Positions 14,101 through 27,164 of a stretch of 64,000 nucleotides of DNA are shown here, piece by piece. Position 1 is the stretch's first letter; the number at the start of each line of letters is the position of its first letter. The position numbers and the translations under genes were made by a program. The notes beneath the pieces are model-generated. The model had not been told where the DNA came from. It made no database searches and worked only from the letters and a program-made list of their open reading frames with translations. This DNA is from the human T2T-CHM13v2.0 reference genome, Homo sapiens. The DNA is taken from assembly GCF_009914755.1 (NCBI RefSeq), contig NC_060936.1; one strand, written 5' to 3'.

Positions 14101-15912
14101 AACAATAGAGAAGCAGAGAGTCAAATCATGAATCAACTCCCATTCACAATTGCTACAAAGAGAATAAATTAGCTATGAATACATCTAACAAGGAAAGTGA
14201 AGGACCACTTCAAGGAGAACTACAAACCACTGTCAAGGAAATCAGAGAGAACACAAAGAAATGAAAATAATATTCCATAGTCATGGATAGGAAGAATAGA
14301 TATCATGAAATGACTATACCACCCAAAGTAATTTATAGATTCAGTGCTATTCCCATTAAATTACAATTGACATTCTTCACAGAATTAGAAAAAAAAACTA
14401 TTTTACAATTCATATGGAACTACAAAGGAGTTCATATAATCAAGACAATCCTAACCAAAAAGAACAAAGCTGGAAGCATCACACTACCTTACTTCAAAAT
14501 ATACTAGAAGACTACAGTAACCAAACAGCATAGTACTGGTACAAAAACAGACACATAAACCAATGGAACAGAATAGAAAACTCAGAAATAATACTGCTTA
14601 TCTGCAACCATCTGATCTTCAACAAACCTGAAGAAAACAAGCAATGGGGAAAGGAATCTCTGTTTAATAAATGGTTCTGGGAGGATTGGCTAGCCATATG
14701 CGGTAAATTGAAACTGGCCCCCTTCCTTACACTTATACAAAAATTAACTCAAGATAGATTAAAGACTTAAATGTAAAACCCAAAACTATAAAAACCCTAA
14801 AAGAAAATCTAGGTAATACCACTCTGGACATAGGCACAGGCAAAAATTTCATGACGAATATGCCAAAAGCAATTGCAACTAAAGCAAAAATTGACAAATG
14901 GTATCTAATTAAATTAAAGAGCTTCTGCACAGCAAAAGAAACTATCGTCAGAGTGAACAGACAACCTACAGAGTAGGAGAAAATTTTTGCAATCTACCTA
15001 TCTGACAAAGATCTAATATTCAGAATCTATGAAGAATTTAAACAAATTACAAGAAAAAAAACTCCATTAAAAAGTGGGCAAAGGGCATAAACAGATACTT
15101 CTCAGAAGAAGACATTCATGTGGTCAGCAAACATATGAAAAAAAACCAACATAACTGATCATTAGAGAAACAGAAATCAAAACCACAATGAGATACTCTC
15201 ACGCCAGTCAGAATGGCAAATAAAAAAACAAGAAACAACAGATGCTGGAGAGGTGGTGGAGAAATAGGAACACTTTTACATTATTGGTGGGAATGTAAAT
15301 TGGCTCAACCATTGTGGAAGACAGTGTGGCAATCCTCAAAGATCTAGAACCAGAAATACCATTTGACCTAGCAATCCCATTTCTGGATATATACCCAAAG
15401 GAATATATTCATTCTATTATAAAGATACATGCACGGATATGTTAAATTCAACACTATTCAAAATAGCAAAGATATGAAATCGACCCAAAAGCCCATCAAC
15501 GATAGATTGGATAAACAAAATATGGTACATATATGCCATGGAATACTATGTAGCCATAAAAAGAAATGAGATCATGTCCTTTGCAGGGACATAGATGGAG
15601 CAAGAAGCCATTATTCTCAGAAAACTAATGCAAGAACAGAAAACTAAACACATGTTCTCACTTATAAGTGGGAACTGAACAATGAGAACATATGGACACG
15701 GGGAGGGGAACAACACACACTGGGGCCTGTCATGTGTGGTTGGGGAAGGAGAGCATTAAGAAAAATAGCTAATGCATGCTGGGCTTAATTGCTGGGTGAT
15801 GGGTTGATAGGTGCAGCAACCCACCATGGCACACATTTATCTATGTAACAAACCTGCACATCCTCCACAAGTACCCCAGAACTTTAAAATAAAATAAAAT
15901 AAAATAAAATAA

Positions 15913-16494
15913 AAACTTTTAACACTGCTTTATTGTTCTGGTATGTTGTATCTTTGCTTTCATTAGTTTCGACTAATTTATTGATTTCTGCCTTAATGTC
16001 ATGGTTTACCCAAAAGTCATTCAGGAGCAGATTGTGTAATTTTCATTTAATTGTATGGTTTTGAGAGAGATATTTGGTATTAACTTCTCTTTTTATTGCA
16101 CTGTGTTCCAAGAGGATGGTTCATATGATTTCAGGGTTTTCTTTTTTAAATTTGTTAAGAATTGCTTTCTTGCTGAGTGTGCAGTCAATTTTAGAATATG
16201 TGCCATGTGCAATTGAGAAGAATGTATATTCTGTTTTTGTTGAGTCAAATGTTCTGTACATGTCTGTTAGCTCCATTTGGTCAACTGTTGTGTTTAGGTT
16301 CCATATATCTTTGTTAGTATTCTGCCTCAATGATCTGTCCAATACTGTCAGTTGGGTATTAAAGTCTCCCATAATTATTGTGTGGTTATATAAGTCTCTT
16401 TGTAGGTATGTAAGAATGTGTTTTATGAATCTGGGTGCTCAGTGTTGGGTGCATATATATTTAGAATAGTTCAGTCTTCTTTTTGAGTTGAACC
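15913..16494 (-). mobile_element. Continuation of the outer L1PA15/16-type element (ORF2 EN region)
   Basis: Resumes the sequence broken at 7308; ORF 16121-16372(-) MGDFNTQLTVLDRSLRQ...HGTYSKID is L1 endonuclease. Confidence 0.9.
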
Positions 16495-17230
16495 ATCCCC
16501 AAGACAGGTAGTCATCAGAGTCTCCAAGACCAATGTGAAAGAAAAAATATTAAAGACAAGTAAGCAGAAGGAGAAGTTCACCTACAAAGGGAACTCCAGC
16601 AGGCTAACAGTGGACCTTTCAATAGAAACTCTAAAAGTCAGAAGAGATTGGGGGCCTATGTTCAGCATCCTTAAAGAAAAAAATTCCAACTGAAAATTTT
16701 ATATCTGGCTAAACTAAGCTTCATAAGCTAAGGAGAAATAAAATCTTTTTCAGACAAGGAAACACTAAGGGAATTCAATACCACTAGACCTGACTTACAA
16801 GAGGTCATTTCCATACTAAACACAGAAATGAAAGACTGGTACCTGCCACCACAAAAACACACTTAAATACATAGACTATTGAAACTAGAAAGAAAATATA
16901 CAATCAAGTCTACATAATAACCAGCTAACAACACAATAAAAGGATCAAATTCACACATACTCATGTTAACCTTTAATGTAAATAGGTTAAACATCCCACT
17001 TAAAAGGCACAGAGTGGCAAGTTGGATAAAGAAGCTAGGCCCCACTGTATGCTGTCTTCAAGAGAACCATCTTACATGCAAGGACATCCATAGGCTTAAA
17101 GTAAAGGGATAGAGAAAGATCTATCAGACAAATGGAAAGCAAAAAAGAGCAGGGGTTTCTGTTCTTATTTGAGACAAAACCAACTGTAAACCAACAATGA
17201 TCAAAATTACAAAGAAAGGCATAAAATAAT
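16492..17230 (+). mobile_element. Inverted 5' segment of the outer L1 (ORF1 C-terminus and start of ORF2)
   Basis: AGAAGAGATTGGGGGCCTATGTTCAGCATCCTTAAAG (ORF1), GGATCAAATTCACACATA (ORF2 start); ends just upstream of the L1 position where the minus segment stops; TSD TATTATTT at 4163-4170 / 17230-17237. Confidence 0.88.
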
Positions 17231-17349
17231 ATTATTTTAAATTACAGGCTTTTGAAGTTGCAATGGTCCCAAAGTATCCCAAGGTTCAAGCACAGATTCC
17301 TTCTATGACTCTCCTGATGCAACAAGGATTGGTCAAGCTAGTGAAATTC

Positions 17350-18140
17350 CACCTAAAATGCTCAATCCAACCTGTTGCCCAAATGAATCTGCCTCCTACC
17401 ATTCCTCTGCAGTCAATGATTTGAAGAGTCCTAGAGAAAAACGCTCAATCTGAACCCTACTTTCTTCCTTTTCTCAATGATCACTAGCTTGCTTTGGCTA
17501 TTTTTATGTTTCTTCTGAATAATACAGTAGACTTCTCTCCAGACTTTTTATCTGTAGTTTTCCTCATAACACTAACCCTTCCAACACATTCTGCCAAAGT
17601 TATTTTTTCAAATACAAGAATCCAAGCTTCTCACTTTTCTCTTTAAATAATTTTGATGTTTCCTTAACAACTACAAGAAAAAGGCTAAAGATCTTAGTGT
17701 TATAAAATAATAATGTTAGGAAAGTCTCTCCAAATGCATTTCTCTCTATCATTCTGATCTTCTAACCAACATTCTGCCAGCATTGCTCTCCCCCAAAAAG
17801 AGATGCCTTCCTCATACTCTTTTGCATTTGAATATGCTGTTTCTTTTGTGGCAAAGCCTTTCTAATTCTGTTCTGTTTGGTGAATCCTAACTCATCCTTT
17901 AAGACGCCACTCAAGTGTCACAAGCTCTGAAAAGTCCTTTAGGCAATAGCTGTTCTTCATTTTTGTCTCCACAGTACTGTTCAGAATTCTATTTAGCATG
18001 TATCAGATTGCATTTTACCCATCTCACTACACACCTGACTTCCCCCTCAAGTTATGAATTCCTCCAGGATAGGGATGATAATCATACACCCACAATGTCA
18101 GGTTCATTTTCTGGCATGGAGGAGTTCAGTGTGCCCTTAT
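17350..18140 (+). mobile_element. L2 remnant
   Basis: CTCATCCTTTAAGACGCCACTCAAGTGTCAC and TATGAATTCCTCCAGGATAGGGA resemble the L2 3' region. Confidence 0.6.
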
Positions 18141-18763
18141 TCTAGGACTGCAAGAACAACTGAGTAAATGGAGTTCTTCCACAGAAATAAGGAGTCTTCA
18201 CATTCCTGAAAACCTCTTGTTAAAACTTGATTAAGTAAGATCAGAAAATAAATCATGGAGATGCCTTTTTACTTTGTTTAAAGAAGATATACCATGAAAT
18301 TCTGTGGAAATTCAGTGAAAAATGACATTCAATTTCCCTCCTTTCAATTGTGGGCTAAATAGTATTGCCAATACTGTCTACTCTTAAAAACTGAAAATCT
18401 GTTTTTCAGACTGCAAAATATCTCAAATTCTTGACTCCTTCTACTGTTACTAAATCAAATTGCATTTTGTTTTCCACTTAAATTTTCATTTTACTCCAGG
18501 AGTTTTTAGAGAAGCCACTTGTATTAGTGAATTTGTGTTCAAAGTGCAAATTCTGCTGCCCAGTTTGTTATATCATCCCCTCCTATAGCTGTGATTTATC
18601 TATTACATTCATGGTGTATCTTCTAGATAATTAACATTTATAGGTAGTAGAGTAGAGTATATATCTATATATAGAGAGAGAAGGAGAGATATATTTGAAT
18701 CTTATCTCATATGTATAAATTCCAGGTGAACGACCTGATGCTTAGAAAGTCTAAGCCACTTAT

Positions 18764-18877
18764 TAGGGTGGACAACCCTCCTGGTTTGCCTGAAATAAAA
18801 AGAGTTTCATAGATGTAGGACTTTCACTTTTAAAACCAAAAAAATCCCAAGGAAATCCAGCAGAGTAGGTCACTCTA
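18764..18877. mobile_element. MER81-like hAT (Blackjack-type) MITE inserted in a MIR remnant
   Basis: Terminal inverted repeats TAGGGTGGAC... / ...GGTCACTCTA, 114 bp long, 8-bp TSD CCACTTAT/TTACTTAT. Confidence 0.75.
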
Positions 18878-19196
18878 TTACTTATTTAAGTTCACACAAT
18901 AAGTAGCAGATACAAAGGCCAAATTGAGTTCTACATATGCCCCAAATTCTATATTTATTCCACATGCTGCCACCTTGATTTTTATTTTGCCCGTAACATT
19001 AATTTCCACATTGTTCATCATAAGATACAAAGTTTTTAAGAGCAATACACAAATGGAAGAGTCTAGTGAAATATTTTAACAATATTTTAAATTATGAATT
19101 AGTAGCACAGTTTGCTTTCAGCTGTAGATGTCATCTTCCATTTACATGCCACAATTACTAGCTAATATTTTGCAAATCACTATGTTATAAAACTTA

Positions 19197-19892
19197 GAAA
19201 GTCAAAAAATAACAGATGCTGACAAGATTGTGGAGAAAAAAAGAACACTTATACACTGTTAGTGGGAGTGTAAATTAGTTCAGCCATTGTGGATCACGGG
19301 GTGGCAATTCCTTAAAGATCTAAAGACAGAAATACCATTTAACCCAGCAATCCCATTACTGGGATTTATGTACCCAAAAGAATATCAATAATTCTATTAT
19401 AAAGACACATGCATGCACATATTCATTGATGCACTATTCAAGAGAACCAAGACATGGAATCAACCTAAATACCCATCACTGATAGACTGGATTAACAAAA
19501 TGTAGTACATATACACCATGGAACACTATGCAGCCATGAAAAAGAATGAGGCCATGTCCTTTGCAGGGACATGGATGGAGCTGGAGGCCAATTATCCTTA
19601 GCAAACTAACACAGGAATAGAAAACCTAATACCACATGTTCTCACTTATATATGGGAGCTAAATAATGAGAATGCATGGACACAGGGAGGGAACAACACA
19701 CACTGGGGTCTACCAGACCCCAGGGAGGTAGGGGGAGAGAAAGGATCAGGAAAAATAACTAATGGGTACTAGGCTTAATGCCTGGGTGATGGAATAATCT
19801 GTATAACAAACCTCCATGACACAACTTTACGTACATAACAAACCTACACATGTACTCTGAACTTAAAATAAAAGTTTTTAAAAAATAAAAAG
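19197..19892 (+). mobile_element. L1PA13-15-type 3' fragment
   Basis: AGGATCAGGAAAAATAACTAATGGGTACTAGGCTTAAT 3' UTR and an A-rich tail. Confidence 0.9.
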
Positions 19893-20509
19893 AAATTTAT
19901 CTAGTTACTAAGAGACTAGTTGTTAGGACTCTCAAATTAGACTATCACTCCCCTATGAAAATAAGTAGTTCTTAATTCTTGTGAACCTTCATAAAGTTTT
20001 TAATGTCCCTCAATGGGCTTCCATTTTTTCCCCAAACCCACCCCTCCAATTTCAATTTTAGAAATATTTAAGACATATGGAGGAAGGGGGGAAAATTATT
20101 GTACTTTCACTGATTTGAAGAGAAAGTGAACAAGTTAATGTTTGGGTTGTGGGACAGAGTGTCAAGACAAACTGGATTAAGAGATGATAAAGGTTGAAAG
20201 ACGATGTCATGTATCACGGAATTATTCTAGTAATATTCTCCAAAAGATATCTGGGCTTATGTATTTTCTCTTGTGAATGTTTTTCACCAAGCTCTATGCA
20301 TTTATAAAGAAATATGGTACTCTTTCTTGCATATGATTTATAAATCTTCAATTTTTTATTACTTTCTCTCAAATTATACTTGATAAAATGCTACTGATGT
20401 GACTATATTTCCAATTAGTTTTTGACAATAATGCAGAATTCAAGTGTCCTAATATTTAAAAATTAACATGAATGAAAAAATTGGTAAAGGATTATACATT
20501 CATTTAACA

Positions 20510-20700
20510 AACAACAGCATAGTAATGAAACACATTTTAAACCAAGGGTTAAGGACCTTGCATATGTGTTTTTATTGTACTTGTGATTATCTAGGTGACT
20601 CTAAGAAAATCACATCATAATTTTCTCTTTTCAGTTTTTCTGTCAGCAAAATGGGAAATAAAATAATTGCCTTACTTTGTCCATAGGCATGGGAAGAGAT
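20510..20700 (+). mobile_element. MIR remnant
   Basis: TCAGTTTTTCTGTCAGCAAAATGGGAAATAA core-like sequence. Confidence 0.5.
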
Positions 20701-20939
20701 TCAGCTACATGATCACAATGCATACTAGGAAGGAGAGTATTTGCTAAATTTGAATGAGGAGAAGAAACATAGAAACCACAATACTTCATGTATAGGTATT
20801 TCAAAAGAAACAGCTATACATGAATTCCAAGAGAAATTGAAAGACTTTGAGGCAACACAATTTGGGCACAGATCACAAAACACTTGAACTCACTGAGGTG
20901 ATTTTCATGTATCCTCCAGTTTGCATATATGTAGTTTGC

Positions 20940-21105
20940 CAGTGCCTCTTACACTTTACTGTGTAAAAATATTATCTAGAGATCGTATTAAAATGCAGAT
21001 TATAATTCAGAAAGTCTGCAGTTCAACTTGACTGTGTGCATTTTTAAAAGCACTAGAGCAATGTTAATAACGCAAATAAAGGAATCACACTTTGAATAGC
21101 AATGT
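20940..21105. mobile_element. MER5-like hAT-Charlie MITE remnant
   Basis: TTAAAATGCAGATT...TGCATTTTTAA..CACACTTTGAATAGCA. Confidence 0.55.
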
Positions 21106-21231
21106 AGAAGGCTACTTGTTTCCACAGTATTAGAGGGATGATGAAAATAAACAGCCCTATGACATAGTCCAGAGTCACTGTGACATACTAGACATTACAA
21201 CAAGGGACTGGTTTGAAATTTGGATAGGAGG

Positions 21232-21628
21232 TGTCCTATTCCATTCGGCTTGCTATTGTATATAGAACACAAGGGCAACTTTTTATAAAGGCCATAAACT
21301 AAGCAGTTTATAAATAATAGAAATGTATTTCTCATAGATTTGGGGGCTATGAATTCCAAGACTGAGGTGCCAGCAGATTCAGCATGTGACTAGGGCCCAC
21401 TTTCTGGTTCACAGATGGTGGCTTCTAGCTGTTTCTTCAAATGATGGAAGGGAGGGGTAAGGGGAGGTCTCTCTGGCACCTCTTTTGTAAGACACTAATC
21501 CCATTCATGAGGCCTCTGTACCTATGACCTAATCACCTCCCAAAGGCCTCAATTTCTAATCACATCACCTTGAGGGTTAGGATTGCAACATATGCATTTT
21601 AGGGGACCACAATATGTATACCATAGCA
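21232..21628 (-). mobile_element. MaLR solo LTR, MLT1A-like
   Basis: TG...CA ends; TCCAAGACTGAGGTGCCAGCAGATTC, CACTAATCCCATTCATGAGG and ATGACCTAATCACCTCCCAAAGGCC; GAGG on both flanks. Confidence 0.85.
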
Positions 21629-22826
21629 GAGGTATATTAATTTGAGGTAGTAACATGACAAGGGAGTTCCCCACAAAAAAAAAAAAATCTGGTAAGAGAT
21701 AGCCAAGTACAGATTGGGAAAAGCTTCAGATAATTTGTAATTGAAAAAAAGTCCAGGGTATGTAGAACACAGGGGCAACTTTCTAAATGAAAACACCAAG
21801 GCAGAGAGTGTAATGCACAAAATTTGTTTGGAGAAGAACAAAGAATAAAGAAGGTGAGCAAACTTCTCAATAATAAATCAAAATGAGTAAAGACAGATGC
21901 AGCTGGATCAGTTTCAAGGGCTCAGAATGAAAGAGGAACTTTAAAAACTGAATGGTAACATCTGTACGATGCAAAGAAGACCCAAAAACTATTAAAAGGA
22001 AGGGAGACAGGATGAAAAGCTTTCTCAAGGGAGAAGTAAAATTAAGACATTTTCTGGTGGTGGCAAGACAAAAAGTAGAAGGAAAACAGTCATTATGGAG
22101 GTTGCAAGTTATCTCTTTGGAAATGGGAACCCTTGCTCAGTAGAGCAGACAGAATAGGAAAGTTCATCAGATTTCAGTGGGAAAGAAAGAAGAAATGGGG
22201 GGAGTTATCTAGAGAAGTAATTAAAATAAAGGCTATAGAAAATAAGTGGATGCCTGTTGTGTTTTGAACTAAAGTGACTGGAGAAATCAATGTAGAAGGT
22301 GAGGAGGAACAGATCCTGAGTCAAAGGAGAAATGTAGAAAGAGAAGAAAAGTGTCAAAAGAGAAAGAGAAATAGCACTTAAAGGGCGTCTTTATAAATTG
22401 TCACAATGTTGATAATTTTTTTTATGATTCACTATGAAGAAGAAAAAAGATGACATCCATTCAAGTACTGACAAATTCTAACTAACTATGAAAGACTAAA
22501 GAGAAGGATTGAATTACAAGAATAAATTATTTTTTAAAGTTGGAAGTAGCGACATAAGTAATGAACATAGTAAATTAAAGTGGCAGGGTAAACAGTGAAG
22601 ACCAATGAACAACCGGTTGGAAAGTATCATATAGAGAACAGAGCAAAGGACAAAGAGGATGCAGATGTAGAAATAAGAACTCCATTCATCTGGGGAAAGA
22701 TTAAAAGTGTCCACTTCTCTATGGCACACGCAGTTTGGCTTCATCATTTCTTTAAGACCTTTTTTTTTTTTTTTCATCATTGCCAACAGAATACTAACAT
22801 TTTTCTCTTTACTCCTTTTCCTCCAG

Positions 22827-22925
22827 GTCCTCATAGATAATTTATTGAGCAATCTGATAACTAAATTTGAGTTATGAAACTAATGCTTAAGAGTATTTTC
22901 TATTTCATTTCTTCCAGATATGTTG
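22827..22925 (+). other. Candidate non-coding (lncRNA, UTR or poison) exon, 99 nt
   Basis: TACTAAC branch point at 22792-22798, long pyrimidine tract, CAG|G acceptor, TTG|GTAAGA donor; stops in all three frames. Confidence 0.35.
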
Positions 22926-24495
22926 GTAAGACCCGTTCATATTTGTTTCCAAGTCATAAAGACCAAATCATGTTTACAGGGTCATAAAGGAGATAACTTC
23001 ATTTTGAGAATATTTTCAGTTGTGTGTACTCTCTGAAAAGAAGATTAATTCTATGTGATAGGGACCAGTGTAATTTTTAAACACTAATTGGGCTTGGTCC
23101 ATATCCAATTCTGCCATTACTCAATGTTCTCAAATTTATTTCAGAGTTTATCAGAGGAAGGGAAAGGAAATTATCCAAAAGCAAATGACTATTGGAATCA
23201 TTACTGATTATGTTGTATCTCATTAAAGAAACGTTTGAGTAATGCAGAAAAGTAGGTCAGAAGTATAATGGCTGTCATGTTTAGGACATAAAGCAAGATG
23301 ATCAAGCATGGGTATAATTTTAAAAGTAATAATTTTAGCAGAATGTAGGCATGGAAATAGCTGGTAACTTTTACAATAGTCATTAGAGTAGATATCACAA
23401 TGATGTTAGTGCTCAAGACATTTTTGAAACACTTTCAGAAAATTTTCATCAGGATCAGTTCACAAGTCATGCAAAAAAAATGTTCCCATAAAATCACGAT
23501 TGCCTAAATATTTGTATATTCTCACCATAGCATCTCAATCTTTATTTTTAAAAATAAACAAATAAAAATGCTTATTGTTGAAAGTGCACCTGAGTAAACA
23601 TAGGTGAAGGGATCAACTTGAAGTATCAGAATAAAAGTCTAAGTAACATTGAACAGAGTTTTTAATTTGAATTGCTTTAAGGACCATATTTCTTAACTTC
23701 TTACTGGTAGTGCTGCCTATTGCAAGAACTTTACAAGGCAAGAAAGAAAAAAAAAAACTTGATTCATGATTTATTTGAAATAAACAGAATAATATATTTC
23801 CTTGGTCATGAAAAGGAAATATTCTGCAAAATATTTTGAAACAACATATTTATTAATGCACTCTTGTCAAAACAGAAAGTTGTATAGTAAACGACATTTC
23901 TGGCAATATTGAAGAGTTGTTGTTCAAGCTAGAAACCACAATATGTTTCCTTCTCAGCATAAACAAGATGGAATCCTTGTATACGCTTATCACTCTGATG
24001 CCCACTATAGTAGAATTTGGGTATTATGTTGCATGTCTATTATTGTGTTAATTAACATAATATTTTTGTGTTCTTTCTTTCACACAAAATGGTGGATCCA
24101 CAAAAATGGTGGATCAAAACCATTTGATATGAAATTATTTTCCTTTACATAGGAAGTATTGATCATAACCACATGTGTAAATGATTACATCTTTGTTATA
24201 AAACTTTAATTACAAATTTCCTGATTGATTAAAAATTATCACAAGCTCAAATTAAGAAGACGTCAATAAAATGTTTATTTATTCAATAAATTCCCCTTAA
24301 ATATTTATATGAGATGTCCTTCTGACTTGTATTGTACATTAAGATTTTTTGGCAATTGTTTTGGGACAAGCCAAGGAGAAATGGAATAGTACTAGGGGTT
24401 TAACAAAACTGCTGTCTTTGCATTTCATCTACAAACAGAGTCTATATAACATTCATCCCTGGCAAAGAAGTTAATATTCCCTAGAAGAGAAAAAT

Positions 24496-25822
24496 ATTTA
24501 AGTCTTTAATTAACCTTAAGTAGATTTTTGTATATGGCATAAGGAAGGGATCTAGTTTCAGTCTTCTGCATATGGCTAGCCAGTTATCCAAGCACCATTT
24601 ATTGAATAGGGAGTCCTTTCCCCATTGTTTGTTTTTATCACCTTTGTTGAAGATAAGATAATTACAGGTGTGCAGCCTTATTCCTGGGATCAAAACCCAA
24701 ACTATAAAAACCCTGGAAGAAAACTTACGCAATACCATTCTGGAAATAGGAACAGGCAAATATTTTATGATGAAGATGTCAAAAGCAATCGTAACACAAG
24801 CAAAAATTGACAAATGGGATCTAATTAAATTAAAGAGCTTCTGCACAGCAAATAAACCATCAACAAAGTCAACAGATAACCTACAGAATGGGTGAAAATT
24901 TTTGCAAATTATGTATCTGACAAAGGTCTAATATCCAGCATTTATAAGGAACTTACACAAATTTCAAGAAAAAAAACAAAGAGCCCAATTAAAAAGTGGA
25001 CAAAGAACACTCCTTCTTTTCCAAAAGAAGAAATACATGTGGCAAACAAATATATGGAAAAAAACCCTCATCATCACTGATCATTAGAGAAAGGGAAATC
25101 AAAACCACAATTAGATACCATCTAACACTAGTTAGAATTGCTATTATTAAAAAGTCAAAAAATAATGCATGCTGGTGACATTGCAGAGAAGAAGGAACAC
25201 TTATACACTATTGGTAGGGGTGTAAATTAGTTCAAACATTGTGGAAAACAGTATGGAAATTCCTCAAAGACCTAAAAAACAAAAATACCATTTGACCCAG
25301 CAATCCCATTACTGGGTATATACTCAAAGGAATATAAATTATTCTATCACAAAGACACATGAGTGCACATATTCATTGTAGCACTACTCACAATAGCAAA
25401 GACATGAAATCAACCTAAATGCCCATCAGCAGTGATAGACTGGAAATAGAAAATGTGATACACATACACCATGCAATACTATGCAGCCACAAAAAAACAA
25501 AAAACAAAAAACAAAAAACAAGATCATGTTCTTTACAGGAACATGGATAGTGCTGTAGACCAATTATCCTTAGCAAACTAATACAGGAACAGAAAACCAA
25601 ATACTGCATGCTCTCATTTATAAGTGAGAGCTAAATAATAATGAGAACACATGGACATGTAGAGGGGAGTGGGAAGAGAAAAAGGATCAGGAAAAATAAC
25701 TAATGGGTACTAGGCTTAATACCTGGGTGATGAAATAATCTGTACAACAAGCCCCCATGACATGAGTTTACCTAAATAACAAACCTGCACATAAACCCCT
25801 GAATTTTAAATACGTTTTAAAG
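24496..25822 (+). mobile_element. L1PA13-15-type element with 5' inversion (24496-24691 minus, 24692-25822 plus)
   Basis: ORF2p C-terminal fragments on both strands switch orientation at 24691/24692; 3' UTR AGGATCAGGAAAAATAACTAATGGG. Confidence 0.9.
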
Positions 25823-25889
25823 AAGGCGAGATAAATAGATCTGGGTGTGTGTGTATAATCTGGAGGAATGAAAAGGATATGTACTGTCT

Positions 25890-26115
25890 TTTTGAGGAGG
25901 TGGTGTAACCACGTGGTTGACTACTGGTTTTTGATTTACAGACCTGGTATCAGGCCAACACTTTCCCACTGAGGAGCACTGTGACTTTGAGAAAGTTACT
26001 TAAGCTCTTTGAGTCTTGTTTCTCAAATATCAAATATGGGCAATAGCAACCTTCTCAAATTGTCATTATAAATAATTATTAAGATAATACATGAAAAATG
26101 CCCACCATAGTACTA
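25890..26115 (+). mobile_element. MIR
   Basis: CTGTGACTTTGAGAAAGTTACTTAAGCTCTTTGAGTCTTGTTTCTC core. Confidence 0.7.
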
Positions 26116-26329
26116 TGTCTTACCTTTAGCAGAAGCCACAAAACAAAAAACTGATTTCAGGAGTTACTGAGGGAGGGGAGGAAATAGTCACACACACACT
26201 TGCCTCTATTTCTACTTTGGCAAAAAGTGGCATATGGTTATAAAGACCAAACATTTCTATGACAGGATTCATTCCTTCAACAGAAAACAGTTTAGGTGAG
26301 GTTTGGACTCTATATAAAGGAGGGGTCAG

Positions 26330-27090
26330 ATTGCATTTTATTTAGAAACTAATAAAGGATTTGAAGCAGTCAAGGGGCATGCTATGTTTATAATAATTAT
26401 TTTGGCTTCTATGTGTAGAAATATTTGAAGGACGGCAAGACTGGAAAGAGGAAGGTAAGTTAGGAAACTACTACAATTGCTGAGGCAAATGATGAAGGCA
26501 GTCAGCAGGAAGAGACACGGATAGACCGGAACATGTTCTGGATGTAGAAATGACAGAAGTTACCGGTGATACAATATTGGGAGAAGAAACGTGTGCATGT
26601 TCCAGGACAATTCCTGAATTTTTAGCTTGATCCACTGGAACAGATAATGATGCTATTTAATAAAAATGGAAGTGACAGAGAGAAGCAGGTTGAGGAAGAA
26701 ATTAATTAATACAAAGTTTGAGATGCTTACTGAGTACCCAAAGCTGTCAAGGAGACAGTTGAACATACATTTAGAAGGGGGGACAAGTTGGAAATAAAAA
26801 CACTGGAGTCATCCAAATATAGTTAGCCTTTTAAAGTCACTCAATTACTAGAGCTAAACCAGGAGGCATAGAAGCAAGTAGGAAATTCAGAATGCTCAGA
26901 TGTTTAGAGGTTGACAAGCTAAGAGCCAACAGAGGAAATGAGAGAGAAAGTGGCTGGCAAAGAATAAGAAAGCCAGAAGGGCAAGTGGTGTCACAGAAAG
27001 CCAGACAAGAAAGTGCCTCTTAAAATAGGGAATGGACATCAGCCTCAGTGCTGTGAAAGGGCAATAAATGAGATCGTATGAGAAAAACAC
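26330..27090 (-). mobile_element. L2 remnant
   Basis: GGATTTGAAGCAG, GTTAGGAAACTACTACAAT and AAGTTTGAGATGCTTA are typical antisense L2 motifs. Confidence 0.65.
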
Positions 27091-27164
27091 CTATTACACT
27101 TCCAGACATGTAGCAGGTATTCAGTAAATGTTACTTCCCTTAACTTTCTGTTTTCTTTCTAACA

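Noticed and set aside
17238-17455. Open frames after an ACAG acceptor-like site
   Set aside because: Poor pyrimidine tract, runs into an L2 remnant, no homology recognised
22514-23416. Hydrophobic minus-strand ORFs suggestive of a decayed 7TM receptor
   Set aside because: No GPCR, olfactory or TAS2R motifs; the hydrophobicity follows from T-rich composition; part near 23400-23445 resembles a mariner-type (MARNA-like) remnant
24086-24115. Micro-duplications (AAAATGGTGGATC x2; also about 10640-10657 and 58021-58057)
   Set aside because: Ordinary slippage duplications with no evidence of function
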